Of a stretch of DNA of 53,512 bases, positions 1-12,340 are shown piece by piece. The notes under the pieces are model-generated. The model was not told the origin of the DNA, ran no database searches, and saw only the letters and a program-made list of their open reading frames with translations. Made by a program: the position numbers and the translations under genes. Numbering within the stretch: the first letter of the stretch is position 1; every line of letters starts with the position of its first letter. Source of the stretch: Atractiella rhizophila (Eukaryota); the NCBI GenBank assembly GCA_021432655.1, contig MU271389.1, forward strand, positions 12,075-65,586, given 5' to 3'.

Positions 1-268
1 AGTGGCGGTTTCCATTCTGCTGCCAAGGAAGGAAGTGATGGTCGTGGAACAAATGATCGAGATGCTCCAAAGCTGTTAACGACGCTAACGCCGAAGCAGG
101 TAAAACACAAGCTTGCTGAAATCCATTTCAATCCCATTGTCCATGAGAGCATGCATGAGCATATACATCAGGAAGACCAAAGCCACCAGGTAATAAGGAT
201 ATCTATAACTGTAACAAAACTAAACTCATTCAAGAAAGCACGAAACTGCAAACGATAAAACAAAATAC

Positions 269-2683
269 TTATTGTTCAATATCCCACTTCTTATCCACCC
301 CCACAGCCATTCTGAGAAAACAGTCATCTCTATCTTTTACGCCGTTAAACGTATAAACAGTGTCTCCTCTAAAGTCCCTCGTCGTGACCTCGAGCCCCTC
401 CTCTCCCATCCCTTCATCCAACTTCTTCAAAGAGACAACATCCTCCAGATCCAGCTCCAGAGACTGCAATATGTGTCTTGAACTGCGCCGTCGACCATGC
501 GAGAGACTCTTGGATGTCGTAGCGCTCTTAACGGGCAGTTGGGAGGAGGCAATGCCAGGAACAAAAGAGAGTGTGGCTTTTGAACGACGGGACGTTCGCG
601 CCCTGGGGAGGGGTACAGAGAGGACGAGATTACCTGGGATATTGTTGTGTTGGCAATAGAAGGCTATTTAGGATCGTTCAGCAACAGAAAATAGCGATGA
701 TGCAGCGAAAGAAACACACAGTCTGTTGTTGAATGAAGGCGCTGCGAAGCTTCATCCAGCATGTCACTCCACCTCTTCTCCCTCTCATCATCGGACGCCG
801 CATCGTCGACACGCTGTATTGAGTTTCGCTTCGTAGGAGCCGAAAGACTTTCGCTCTTGCGTGCTGGACCGGGTACAGAGAGATTTCTAGGTCGCACCTT
901 CTGCACATCCAAAAAGGCAGACGAGACGACACCAACTCGTTCAGGATGGGCTGTCGGAAACGTTATCTTGTCCTCCGTTGTTTCAAGGGTTGGACTCCTC
1001 CTCTTTCGCAGGATTTCTTCCGCAGGCGCAAGACGCACCACATCATCGCTTGAAGTTTGAGATTTCGCGATAACAAGTGAGTTGCTTCGCGTCGGGGTGA
1101 CGCAGAGTGGGGCGTCTTCGGGTTCGACAGCAAAGATAGATAGCCCGTCTTTCCTCGCCGTCCGGATCGTGCGAAACGACATCTGAACCTGAGTTGGAAA
1201 AGCAGATCGCAGCAGGCTGTCAAATATCAGTCGGTACTTTATCAGGATGAATAAGGACATACCGTGCGACTTTCGCTTTGAGTTTGATGACAGCCCAGAG
1301 CTCGTTCCATACGCCCGCAAATGGTTTGCCAAAGAGCCAGAATCCAACAAAGGCGAAGGCAACTTTAGAGATGGTTCGCAGCCCAACAGAGACGAGGAAG
1401 AGTCCACTTGCAAACACTGCGAGCGACAATACCGTTTTAGGATCTTTAGACCAATGACGGCCACGGTGCAGGTCCGAAATGTTTTCCTCCCTCATCAAAT
1501 CTTCCAATTTCCACTGCCACTCTTCCTTCTCCTCTCGCTCCAACAACTTCTCATTCTGTGAGCTCTCGAGGACAGCGCTCAGACGCTCATCCACTTCAAT
1601 CACTCCTCTTGCCACCGTTTCGATTGGATGGACAAAGCTGAGGAATGAAGGACCAAATGCCTCAGATATGCTCATGCTCCTGTTTTTCAACTTCGGTGCA
1701 TTAGTCGATCTTCCTTGCAATGGAGTAGCAGGTCTTCCAAAAGTCGGTGTTTCCGGACGAACAGGAGGCGTCGAATCTGAACGTCGAAGAGAAGGGGCGA
1801 TCCAGCTTGGTGGTCGCGTAATGGCCGTTTGAGGAGTGCTTGCAGTCTGCTGGTGACGTCTCATGGCGCTCCAGCCGCCGGATGAGAAGGTAGGTGAGGC
1901 AGGGGAAGAAACTACGGGGGAAGAAAGGGTGGACGAGGAGTGTATTGAGCTGTAGGCAGCCAGCGGCGAGTTGAGAGAGGTGAGAGACTGGCGTTGTTGT
2001 AGCGAGGATCGGCGAGTGCGAGGTTGGAATGTTGTAAAATTTGTAGGTGTTTCTGTCCTCTTGGAGGTCTGAGGTAGGAGAGAGGAGAGGAAGGCAGCCA
2101 GCGCATTGGCACGATCGCATGGCGTCGGTAGTGATGTGTCTGTTGGAGAATCTTCGGAGCCAATTCCGGAGTCGGCGTCGTCGATCAAGATTGTTGGATG
2201 CGACGCCGAGAATAGAGGAATTGGTGTGAGGTGATAGCAAACAAGGAGGCAAAGCAGAAATGGGACTAAGTTGAGGTACCAAAAGATGAAGTAGAGCTAA
2301 CGCAAAGTGGATCAGAGATTAAACTTTGGACTTTTCCCATTCCCTTTCTACTTGAATGCAGACAACTCACAATGAGACCGTAAGTATTCCTGCTCTGCTC
2401 ATGCTCCCAGCCATTTCTTATTCTCCAGAGTTCAGCATTGAGCTTATGTAGCCACTTGTCTAGGATCAAGTAACATTTCACAACATTCTTCTTGAACTTC
2501 TCAATGTCTATGTCTTCAGACTCATAGCGAGAACTCCCAAGCCGGGTGAGCTGAGTGATATTCTGCTCCAAAGTCAGAGATAGTCAACTTAGCCCTCCCA
2601 TCACTCACTGAATTGAAATGAAGAATCGACTTTTCGATATGACCTTCCGCAATGTTCTCTGCTGCGTCCTCAAATTGGTCCAT
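269..2683 (-). CDS. Multi-exon hypothetical protein: low-complexity S/P-rich middle, predicted TM segments, possible C-terminal GRAM/PH-like domain
   Basis: ATG at 2683 (MDQFEDAAENIAEGHIEKSILHFN) followed by a GTGAGT donor; minus-strand ORFs 2266-2571, 1220-2188, 664-1464 and 269-469 appear to join via GT-AG introns; hydrophobic VLSLAVFASGLFLVSVGL; C-terminus FYCQHNNIPGNLVL...LDLEDVVSLKK...YTFNGVKDRDDCFLRM. Could be more than one gene. Confidence 0.55.
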
Positions 2684-2860
2684 GTTGGGTTGTGTTGTAG
2701 AGGAAAATATAAACCAAAAAAGGAAATCTATAAGGAATGTAGGTGGGTAGGAACTCGCATACGCGACTTGGGAGCTTGAGGTACTGCAAGTTAGGAAGAT
2801 TGAAGAATGAAGAATGTCGTCGTTTCCTGTTCTGTTGGTTAGCGTAGAGTCGTGCGTCAC

Positions 2861-2905
2861 NNNNNNNNNNNNNNNNNNNNNNNNNNNNNNNNNNNNNNNN
2901 NNNNN
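2861..2905. other. Assembly gap (N run)
   Basis: 45 N bases. Confidence 0.99.
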
Positions 2906-2952
2906 GTGTTGCCCCTTTCAGTGAAGTCTCGGCTGACAAGTTCATGGAATAG

Positions 2953-3440
2953 CCAGCTTCTGAACCTCAGTACCCGGTTTATTACTGTCTATGTGGCGAA
3001 TTCGTCTGTGTGATTGACAAGCGTCTACGGCTTCTTCCAGCAAGGCCAGAGGATGGAAGCTACGTAGTGAGGAACGTTAACGCGCCAGATCTAGGCAAGG
3101 AGAAGCGGGTGTATCGCATTAATGCGAAGCCGGGGAAAGTGACTGCAGTTCCAAGGTCTGCTGCACACGTCAAATGTCTGTAAAAAACGAAAGAACTAAT
3201 GGTAGACGTGTAGGGGAAATGATTACGAGATTCAGCAGCGGCTTGAATGCGCTCGTTGCGGGCTCTGGGTCGCCTATGAAACAGAAATTGCTCCCAGGAA
3301 GGGAGACTTCACGTTTATCTTGCCTGTGCGTCTGTTTGTTGTCGCGTTTGTTCGCATGGTGATCTGGATCACAGGGAGCGTTGACAGAAATTCAGAGCGT
3401 AGTACCGAAGGATGCATTCGGCGAAGGGGACCAGAAATGA
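2953..3440 (+). CDS. STEEP1/CXorf56 (UPF0428) family protein, 5' end in or near the gap
   Basis: Manual translation across 2 introns: PVYYCLCGEFVCVIDKRLRLLPARPEDGSYVVRN...RGNDYEIQQRLECARCGLWVAY...FTFILPGALTEIQ...*; the YYCLCG and CxxCGL motifs are characteristic of CXorf56. Confidence 0.8.
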
Positions 3441-3541
3441 TAAGAGTAGTATTTGTGCATTACTTCGTACTGTGCCAATTAAATCTGTGTATACAACAGT
3501 CATAAGCACTATTTTTCGCTTCAGCCGCAAAGCACGCACAA

Positions 3542-4016
3542 CTATTTATTCCCAAATAGTCGGGAGAACAGGCCTCCTTTACCTTCAAGATAGGCATTCA
3601 CGTCCACCGGAGTACCTTTGTCATACCTCTCTCTTCCATCCTTGAAAGCTAGTGTCAACCGTTCAAAGTACTGTGGCGAGGTTGCAGGATGAAGTATCGA
3701 CCCTGGCGTTGGATACTGTTTCAAAAATTTATTAGAGCGTTCTGCAGCAATGTGAACCTGTAGGTAAACTCACTCGTTTGTACGCCTGATTCTTCAATAA
3801 CCTCTCTAAGGAGTTCAGCATGCCTTCCTCGTCCCACTTCGGCTCCTTGCCTTCCTTCGTCATTTGTGGTTGTCCAGGTTTAGAGTCGCTCTCCATCCAT
3901 GTCAACTCTTTGTGGAGAGTCTTCAGGGAGTCGCGAAACTGGTATCGCATCCGCAGAGGATCCTTAGGCCATCGGCTGGCGATGTTGTGGAGACGAACGC
4001 GAATGGGGTTGGACAT
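3542..4016 (-). CDS. CBP6: Mitochondrial complex III assembly factor Cbp6/UQCC2 family
   Basis: Two exons (intron 3716-3773, GTGAGT..CAG): RWPKDPLR..QF...LNSLERLLKNQAYKR|YPTPGSILHPATSPQYFERL, a typical Cbp6 pattern. Confidence 0.75.
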
Positions 4017-4838
4017 GATATCAGTCTCTTGGAACTGTCGTGCTTTGGGTAGTTTGAAAATGCAGAAGGTGACCAGTTTCGGCTCCGAAAGGAATTGGTT
4101 TGGCGCGCCTTTGCCAATGTCGAGGCAGTTTCAATTGTTCACTTAGCCTTTGCGTTTCCATCAGAATGGGACCGTAGGAGAATGGGATGCTAGGTTCCAC
4201 GAAACCCTATAAGCAGCATAACGTATATAACGACAGATGCTTCAGAAGATATAAAGATGAAAGCTTAAATAGGTGCAATAAAAGCAGGAGCCTAGGCACT
4301 ATCGCGGTCCACCGTCTTTCTCATTCGAGAAAACATCCTTCATTGTCGGCGCTTTAGGAACAGGATGTTGCTCTTTTGAGAGCTCGTTTTGCTGGATCGT
4401 AATCAGACGTCCAACATCGTATACCATGGTACCTACAGGTTATAATAACGGTCAAGAAAGTCTCCCGAGCATCGCGAGAGACATGCCTATAGCCCAAGCA
4501 CCAAATCCAAGGGTCCCAAGGACCTAAAGTCGAGCAAGCATGAATTCAACAGGCATTTGTTGGAAAGAGTAATAAAACTCACAGCCAACTGCCTTCCGGT
4601 CCCCATTTCTGGGCTAAATGCATCAATATCTGAGGATCACGTTGCTTAAGAGACGCTCACGTCGGAAACCAGCGAAAAAGGACATCTTGTTCCAAAGCTG
4701 TAGGTGATGAGTAGTAACGATTGGCTGTGTTTGCGTGCCGGCACTTTTCGGTTGCATTAAACCCTCAAGGGGACAACACCGGACATTCTAACTTAACATC
4801 CACCACCCTCATTCCTCCACCACACATACTTCCTCAAA

Positions 4839-6988
4839 ATGGCTTCGCTAGCATTCAGAAGCTTGGCCAGGTCTTCAAAGCCTGCCCAATCCGTACGCAC
4901 TTTTTTCACTCTTCAGACCAATTTTTCCTGACGAAAAACATGGAAAAATTTTCACTCCTTGGAAACGTGGTTGGACTTGGTGACAATTTGTGAACGACAG
5001 TTTATTCGCTCAGCTCCGGCTTTTAATGCCATTAGGACATACGCTACCCCCAAGGCTGGTGAGTTTTTATTTTTTTTCGGCACAACGGCCTCCTCTTCGG
5101 CGTTGGGGGATGGTGTCGTCAAAAGTGGTGGGACATGGTTTACTGACAAACTCTTGTTTTCTTTCCCTCTCTATTAGCTGTGTCTGAAGTCTCTTCCATT
5201 CTCGAGTCTCGCATCGCCGGAACGAGTGCTAGCTCCGACGTTCAGGAAACTGGACGTGTATTGACTATTGGTGATGGTATGGAGGTCTTCCTGCAGTAGA
5301 AGGAACAGAAGCCTGACGAATACGCATTGATAAGGTATCGCCCGTGTGTATGGTCTCCGGAACGTGCAAGCAGGTGAGCATGCCCATTTTTTCGGACATT
5401 CTCGGGTTAAACGAAATGGTTGCCGTCCCTCTTGCGACTCCCAGAGGAGATGGTGGAATTCTCTTCTGGCGTTCGTGGCATGTGTCTCAATCTTGAAGCC
5501 GACAATGTCGGAGTGACCATTTTCGGATCCGACCGTCTTATTCGTGAAGGAGACACCGTCAAGAGGACTGGACAAATCGTCGATGTCCCCGTCGGACCAA
5601 AACTTCTGGGACGAGTTGTTGACGCTCTCGGAAATCCCATCGACGGAAAGGGACCCATTGAGGCTGCCGAGAGGAGGCGTACCTCCTTGAAGGCTCCTGG
5701 TGTCTTGCCCAGGCGTTCCGTCAACCAGCCTATGATGACCGGTCTCAAGTCCATCGACGCCATGGTTCCCATCGGTCGAGGACAGCGAGAGTTGATCATC
5801 GGTGACAGGCAAACCGGAAAAACCGCCGTCGCTATTGACACCATTCTTAATCAGAAGCGATGGAACGATGGTCAGGACGAGGCTCAGAAGCTCTACTGTG
5901 TCTACGTCGCTATTGGTCAGAAGAGGTCCACCGTCGCTCAGTTGGTGCAGACTCTGGAAGAGAATGACGCGATGAAGTACACCATCATCGTCGCTGCCAC
6001 CGCATCCGAGGCTGCCCCTCTTCAGTACTTGGCTCCTTTCTCTGGTTGCGCTATCGGAGAATGGTTCAGGGATAACGGAAAGCACGCTTTGATCATCTAC
6101 GACGATCTGTCCAAGCAGGCCGTGGCTTACCGTCAAATGTCTCTTCTTCTCAGGCGTCCTCCTGGTCGTGAGGCTTACCCTGGTGACGTCTTCGTCAGTT
6201 TTTGCCTCCTTTCTCTTTTCAAAGACGAATGTTAACGGGCTCCATAGTACCTCCACTCCCGTCTGTTGGAGCGTGCCGCCAAGATGAACGAGTCGCATGG
6301 TGGTGGATCTCTCACTGCTCTACCTGTCATCGAGACTCAAGGTGGTGACGTGTCGGCTTATATCCCGACCAATGTCATCAGTATCACTGATGGTCAAATG
6401 TTTGTCTCTTCTTCTATCCATCTTACATATGGCCAACGATTTGTGCAGCTTCTTGCAAGCCGAATTGTTCTTCAAGGGTGTCAGGCCCGCCATCGATGTT
6501 GGTCTTTCCGTCTCCCGTGTCGGTTCCGCCGCCCAAACGAAGATCATGAAATCCGTCGCCGGTCGTCTCAAGCTCTACCTCGCCCAATACCGTGATGTTG
6601 CCGCCTTCGCCCAATTCGGTTCCGACTTGGATGCCTCCACTCGTTTCCTCCTCAACAGGGGTTCGAGGTTGACGGAACTTTTGAAGCAGGGCCAATACCA
6701 ACCTTTGGCTTTTGAGCTCCAGGTCCCCATCATTTATGCCGGTGTTAACGGTCTCCTTGATAAGGTCCCCGTCGAGAAGATCACTCCTTGGGAACAGAGC
6801 TTCTTGGAGCACCTGAGGGCGAACGAGCAGTCTCTTTTGGCTGAAATTTCGAAAGGTTCCATGACTGATGCTATCGATGCCTCCCTCAAGAAGACCATCG
6901 AGAGGTGCGTCTTCTCTTTTATATGCAAAGTATAGAGCTAATCTTGGTGGTGACGAACAGCCACGTTGCAAGCTTCCTGTCTGCGTAG
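4839..6988 (+). CDS. ATP1: Mitochondrial F1 ATP synthase alpha subunit
   Basis: Walker [55 protein letters not shown]; presequence-like N-terminus from ATG 4839; multiple GT-AG introns; TAG at 6986-6988. Confidence 0.98.
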
Positions 6989-9662
6989 GTGGATGAAGTT
7001 TGGGTGGATTGAAAAGAGCAGTAGATGTAGGCTCCTGAATATTAATAAGATTCCTTTTTATCTCCCAATCCAGCAGTTCACCAAAGTTTGGAATGAGTCT
7101 TGAGTTTCATTGAGGAACAAGTTTCATTTTGGACCTCTTACCTCTTATTGGGACTTCCTGTTAAGATGTCCTCGTTCAAGCACAACACCCCTTTATTCCC
7201 AACCTCCCTTCTCGTTCGGAGAGACAAATTTCGAAGTGCAAACGGTGATGAAGAGTGCGAGTGCATGGTAAGGACCAATTGCGCCAATTCGTCAAGGTGA
7301 CGAATTGCGATAGGGATGAAAATGTAGGACAGGAAGGTGTTTCGAAGAGCACCCCTGATTGCGACACGAGGCATGCATAATACCTAACGAATTACTTTTG
7401 TCGATGTCGTCGAGGAGCACATGCGAGTTAACCGCGATTCCGCGTTGGAAGGATGTTCCATTTCCCACCGTTGCTTGCTCCCAGAATTTCCATAACGTTA
7501 ACTTTTCCAGGCAACCAAGGGTAGTTCCCTCACGATCACATAACGAAAGCTCTTCAAAGGGAACTAGTGTCTTTCTCGTACCGAAGAAAAGCGTTGTACT
7601 CAGTGCGTCCTCTACTGTCTTCTTTTTTGTCAGTACAAAACCTGACTGAATCCAACGAGGTGTGAAAGGTGTAAAAAGTTCCCATCTGCCAATCCCCTGT
7701 ACTGATCGTTACAATAATCATTATTGATAATCGGATTGATCACCATGCACTCCAAAACATCAACGATCGGGCAGCTAGATGGTCCATCACCGTTGTTTGA
7801 TCACTCTGGGGAAAGGGCAAAGTAATGTCTTTTTGACATTGTCAGTGCATCTCTGGGTTTGATACTCCGATGCCTTAATAGTCGACGACGTTTTCCTCTG
7901 CGCAACAGGGTACTTACTATCAGTGGCAGAAACAGACCATCACGGCTGTGATCGATTGAGCTGTCCGCTCCTTTGCTCAGCTGAAAAGGTTTGAAATGGC
8001 CCGAAAGAGAGGGATTCGAGGTTCAAAGCGTAAAAACATGCCATCAAATGAAGCGATAAGAAGAATGACGACTGAGCTTTTCTTTCATTTGATGTTCACG
8101 CGTTCACGTGCTGTTAAACTTCATATCGCCATATTATGTGAAAGGCTGGCTGTGAATAATAATCGGAAGAACACCATAATATCGATCTAGAAAGCGAAAT
8201 AAATTGCTACGCGCTGAAAACAGTCGCCCAACCTCAATGAGGCGATTACGATGCAATTGGCTCCTCTCCGAGCAGAAAACACTGACAACATTCAAAAAGG
8301 TCAGAGGTTTATCCACATTTTACTGCCCCAAGGACAAGGTCTCTTTCTTTCGTCCGATAGCTAGGAAACTCAAATGAAATGATAACTTTGCATAAACCAG
8401 CAAACCATGCATGAGCTAGTCGCATTGGCATTGGCGCTTACAACACACTTCTTCAAGACAGCTGTCAATAGATGAGAAGTGTAGAAGGACAAAGGGACGC
8501 AGCATCGGCACGTCAGGTATTCCCAGTTTGGCAGTTCCCCCGACGCAATGCCAGGCTGTATGTAGCTGGAGTTGGTTCCCTCATCCCATGATGAGGCATC
8601 CTTCGGAGCTCTTTGAGTCGTGATGCATCCATCTAAAGTAGGATGTTGGTTATAGAAGATTGCACAAAGATGAGCTATGCCCTGTTGAACACATTGAAAT
8701 ATCGGGGGGTGGGGTAACAAATTCCCTTTTCATAGGGACGAAGAAAAGGCTACTTGGCCGTTTGGTCGGACCCGATAGTGATGAGCTTAATAAGGTTTCT
8801 GCTACTTTGTGCGTTCCCTTTGAAGTCAACTTTGAGACAGACTCTGCGAAGCCTCTTTTTGAACGACGAGAAGCTAGTAGTTAGTTGCGGACTCCGCTCA
8901 AGCGAAAAAGGGGAGCCAGTCCCTCAGCAAGCTCTTGGTGCTCAGCAGAGTGACAAGGTTGAGGGTTGTGTTGAGTTGTTTGGCAGTGAGCACCACCTTC
9001 TCCTCAATCTGCTTCTTTCCATTCAACCAATCTTAATCTCGCGTATTCCCAGCCTATTCAGTTTCAGTCAGCATTCAGTGTTCAATCTCAGTCCGAGTTT
9101 GAGTTCAAGCACCCCTACTTAACCCTGCTCAGCCAGCTAACCAGCCGCCACTTCGCATTCACCTCCGTCCCAGCCAAGCTGCGACTTTCGCCCTGTTTGT
9201 CCTTTGCAAACAGTTGAATACTCTCCCGAGCTCACGCTACAAACAACGAACGAACGATTTGGACCTTCGACCGACCTTTTTTATTACCTTTTCAGCACAA
9301 CTACATCGATTTCACGATCTGGTCATCACTCTAGGCTATTTGTCTGCATATTTGTCGAGATTTATGCCCCAACCCGCACAAACTCATCAAATCCTATCGA
9401 CCATCTCGACCATCCCTTCTTCTTTTCCCTACTTATAAAGATATCTAAAGTCTCTTATTCTGCTTATCTTCCGTCTGGAAGCTTATTTCACTTTTCCTCT
9501 AAGTGCCATCCGTGTCATTCAACTGCTGACACCATTCGCGCTTCGAGGGGATCTCATTTCCTTATTTCCCTCGCTTTTCGTTCAAGCAAGGGTTTCGCCA
9601 CATCAAATCTTTTCTTTCAGCCTAAGCCTATCCGCCTCTCTCCTTCCAACCTACAAACCACT

Positions 9663-11591
9663 ATGGACTCTCCCCCGGCCGCACCTCCCACCCAGGCTCA
9701 CAGGGATCATGGACCGAGCCCATCTCCTCCATCTTCTGCAGGTCACTCCGGCTCCTCAGCTCGTCATTCCTTCTCTGCCGTCCTGAACCCAATGTCCGAC
9801 GCCCCGAACGGTACCGCCACATCCTCCTCGTCCTCAGCCCAACTCCCGTACAGGCCAGCTGGGGGTCCTCCGCATTCGAACGGATATCACGAAGAACCAG
9901 CACCGAAACGCCAGAAGCGCAATCGTCACAGTGGAGACGGGGACGAGTCACCTCCCTATCCGAGAGGACCGCCGTCGGGGTACGATCGCGACCGTCAATT
10001 CGTCCCCCCTCCTTATCCCGAAGCCGAAATGGGTGTGAGGAGGCGACCGTCGGTCCCTGTCATGCACGATGCTAACCCCAGTCCTCCTGGTCCATACGTC
10101 CCTTCTCACTCCCCTCGTCCAGCCGGAGGTGGATCTTACCCTCCTGGCGCGCCACCTATGCTTGGACCGCCTTATTATCCCCATCATATGCCTTACACTG
10201 CGGCCCCTCCTCCTCCCCCAGCTTCCGGATCCTCTTCTTCCCATCAATCCCATCACGGAACGCCCATGCGAGGGGTCGCACCTCAGCCTCTTCCTCCGTC
10301 ACATCCTCATGCCTTCCCTCCTTCAGCTCACATCCCGCCGCCCGCTCTTCCCCCGGCCTCTCTCAGGCGTCCGCCTCCGCAACAAGACATGGTGCTGCAA
10401 GACAGTTTCTTTGCCGAATCGCCATTGGACGAGGTGGTGAAGCATTTGGCGGATTGGATCTGGGAGGCGGTCAGGAAGTATGCAACTGGGAAGCATCCGA
10501 ATGCGCCAAAGCAGGAGGTGGAGATTGAAGCTAAGATCGGTAGGATCCTGGACAATAAGACTGGCACGAGATTAATGTTGCCCGTCGTGACAGAAACCAG
10601 TAAGTTCTTACCCTCTGATGAATGCGAAAGGCGAGAACTGACTACATGACAGTTTTGGCACCTGGTATGCCAGGTATTCGATTCGAGAGCATCATCCCTC
10701 CCGTGAGTTCTCTTGATTTTATACACCATATTATAACTCAACTCTTGCAACCCGGCGTTTAGGTTCAACACAGTCACTTCAACGATCTCTTGAACCAACG
10801 AATAGAGAAGGTGGCGTCCGAGATGAAGGGCACGCTGAGAGGATCGGTTTACGATTACGTCCAAACGAGAACCATAGACGAATTCTTTCCCTCCGGCCAG
10901 CGCGGTGTTAAGACGTAAGTGGTCCCTACTCCTTCAAGCTGACGCTCGACGTTTACTCCTGTGCATCCTTGGGTTACCGATATAGTCGCGTCTCGAGAGA
11001 CTATACCACGAATGCTATCATCGAGAATGGAGTCATGCAGAAAACCAAGTTGGGGGATCTGAACGTCTACTGTCCTAAGTACGAATACGACTGGAGGATC
11101 AGCGTGAACCTCGAAACCCAAGGTTCGTAACATCTCTGTCGTAAACTTAGGTGACTGATCTCCCTTTGTCATCCTAAATTGTAGTAAAGGATGTGCCTAC
11201 CGGACAACCATCCTATCGTAGGATCAAAGACCGTGTTTCGTACACACACCAGATTCATCGAATCGACCTTACCCAAGTTCAGAGTTCGGATCCTGTATGT
11301 TTCCAGCCTTTCTCGTAATTTACTCAAAGCTAATACCGACATCAGGCTGCCAATCCAACACATGAATTGGAGCTGGAAATGATCTCTATGCGCGAGTTCC
11401 TCTTGGAGGGAAGAAAACATGAAGCTGGCGTCTCCAGCTCTTATTTGGCCATGGTAGCCATTTTCCTTAACAACATTAGTAAGCCACTCTCTTCCCTGCC
11501 CGTCCCTTTTCTTGCCAATGTTGTATGCTGAGCATGTTTGACAGGAATTTTGCTTCGTTCATCGAAGGATTTCCCGTACCCTAGCAGGTAG
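9663..11591 (+). CDS. CET1: mRNA capping enzyme beta subunit (RNA 5'-triphosphatase, CYTH/TTM fold) with Pro-rich N-terminal extension
   Basis: Motif A EVEIEAKIG, LNVYCPKYEYDWRISVNLE, RIKDRVSYTHQIHRIDLTQV, motif C HELELE; multi-exon; ends NNIRILLRSSKDFPYPSR*. Confidence 0.92.
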
Positions 11592-12340
11592 TCCTCGACA
11601 ATCAATCAAAACTCATAATAATCAAGAATGCGGTCTCAATCTCGATTGCCTCGACTCGTATATCCAAGCTTCCGTCCACATTTATTTCAATCCAGCCAAC
11701 CAGCCTTTGTACTGGCTGGCATACGCTCCCGTTTCCGTTTATTAAGTTAAACAAGCATCCGTACCACTTTCTTGCCAATTCCTGCTCTGAATCTGAAAAT
11801 TGCCAGTTTATCATCGTTACCTTACCGAACGATCGTCTGCGTTGTTGTTCTCCCTTCCCTCTCTTCTCTTCTCTTTCAGGTCCTCCCCCACTCTTCCTTC
11901 CGGTCTCGTTTCCGACTCCTTGCTTGAAAAGTGAATTAATTCAGTCCTTCTCGACTTATGCTTTGGAATGTCCCCCTTCTCAACCCTTACCTTGCCTGAC
12001 TTACCTCAATTCTTTGCAGAGATATAAAATCCCTAATGCATTGTGCTATCTGTTATTTAGTGGAGTGAAATGCATACATTAACGATGCTCTTTAGAATGA
12101 TCTTGTTACGATATGGGTTCAACTTCAAAGCATATCTTTCCTAAGGATTGGGAATGAACACAAGGTAGAAGATGTAAGAAATGCAAGGTACAGAAAAATG
12201 ATGTATGTGCAAAGAAAGCGTCCAATGAAAGTTCCGACCGTTTACGAAGCTCAAAAAAAAACGAATAGGGACAAAAGAAAGGACCTAGTGAGATTTTCTT
12301 TGTTCAGAATCACAACAGGAACAGCTTCCTCGATCTTGAT

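Noticed and set aside
5174..6298. 374-aa minus-strand ORF
   Set aside because: Antisense shadow of the codon-biased ATP1 exon; the same applies to 28042-28905, 38562-39338, 48342-49058 and 51677-52321
9204..9662. N-terminal extension of the 481-aa ORF
   Set aside because: Starts at TTG in pyrimidine-rich UTR-like sequence; ATG 9663 in ACTATGG context is the more plausible CET1 start
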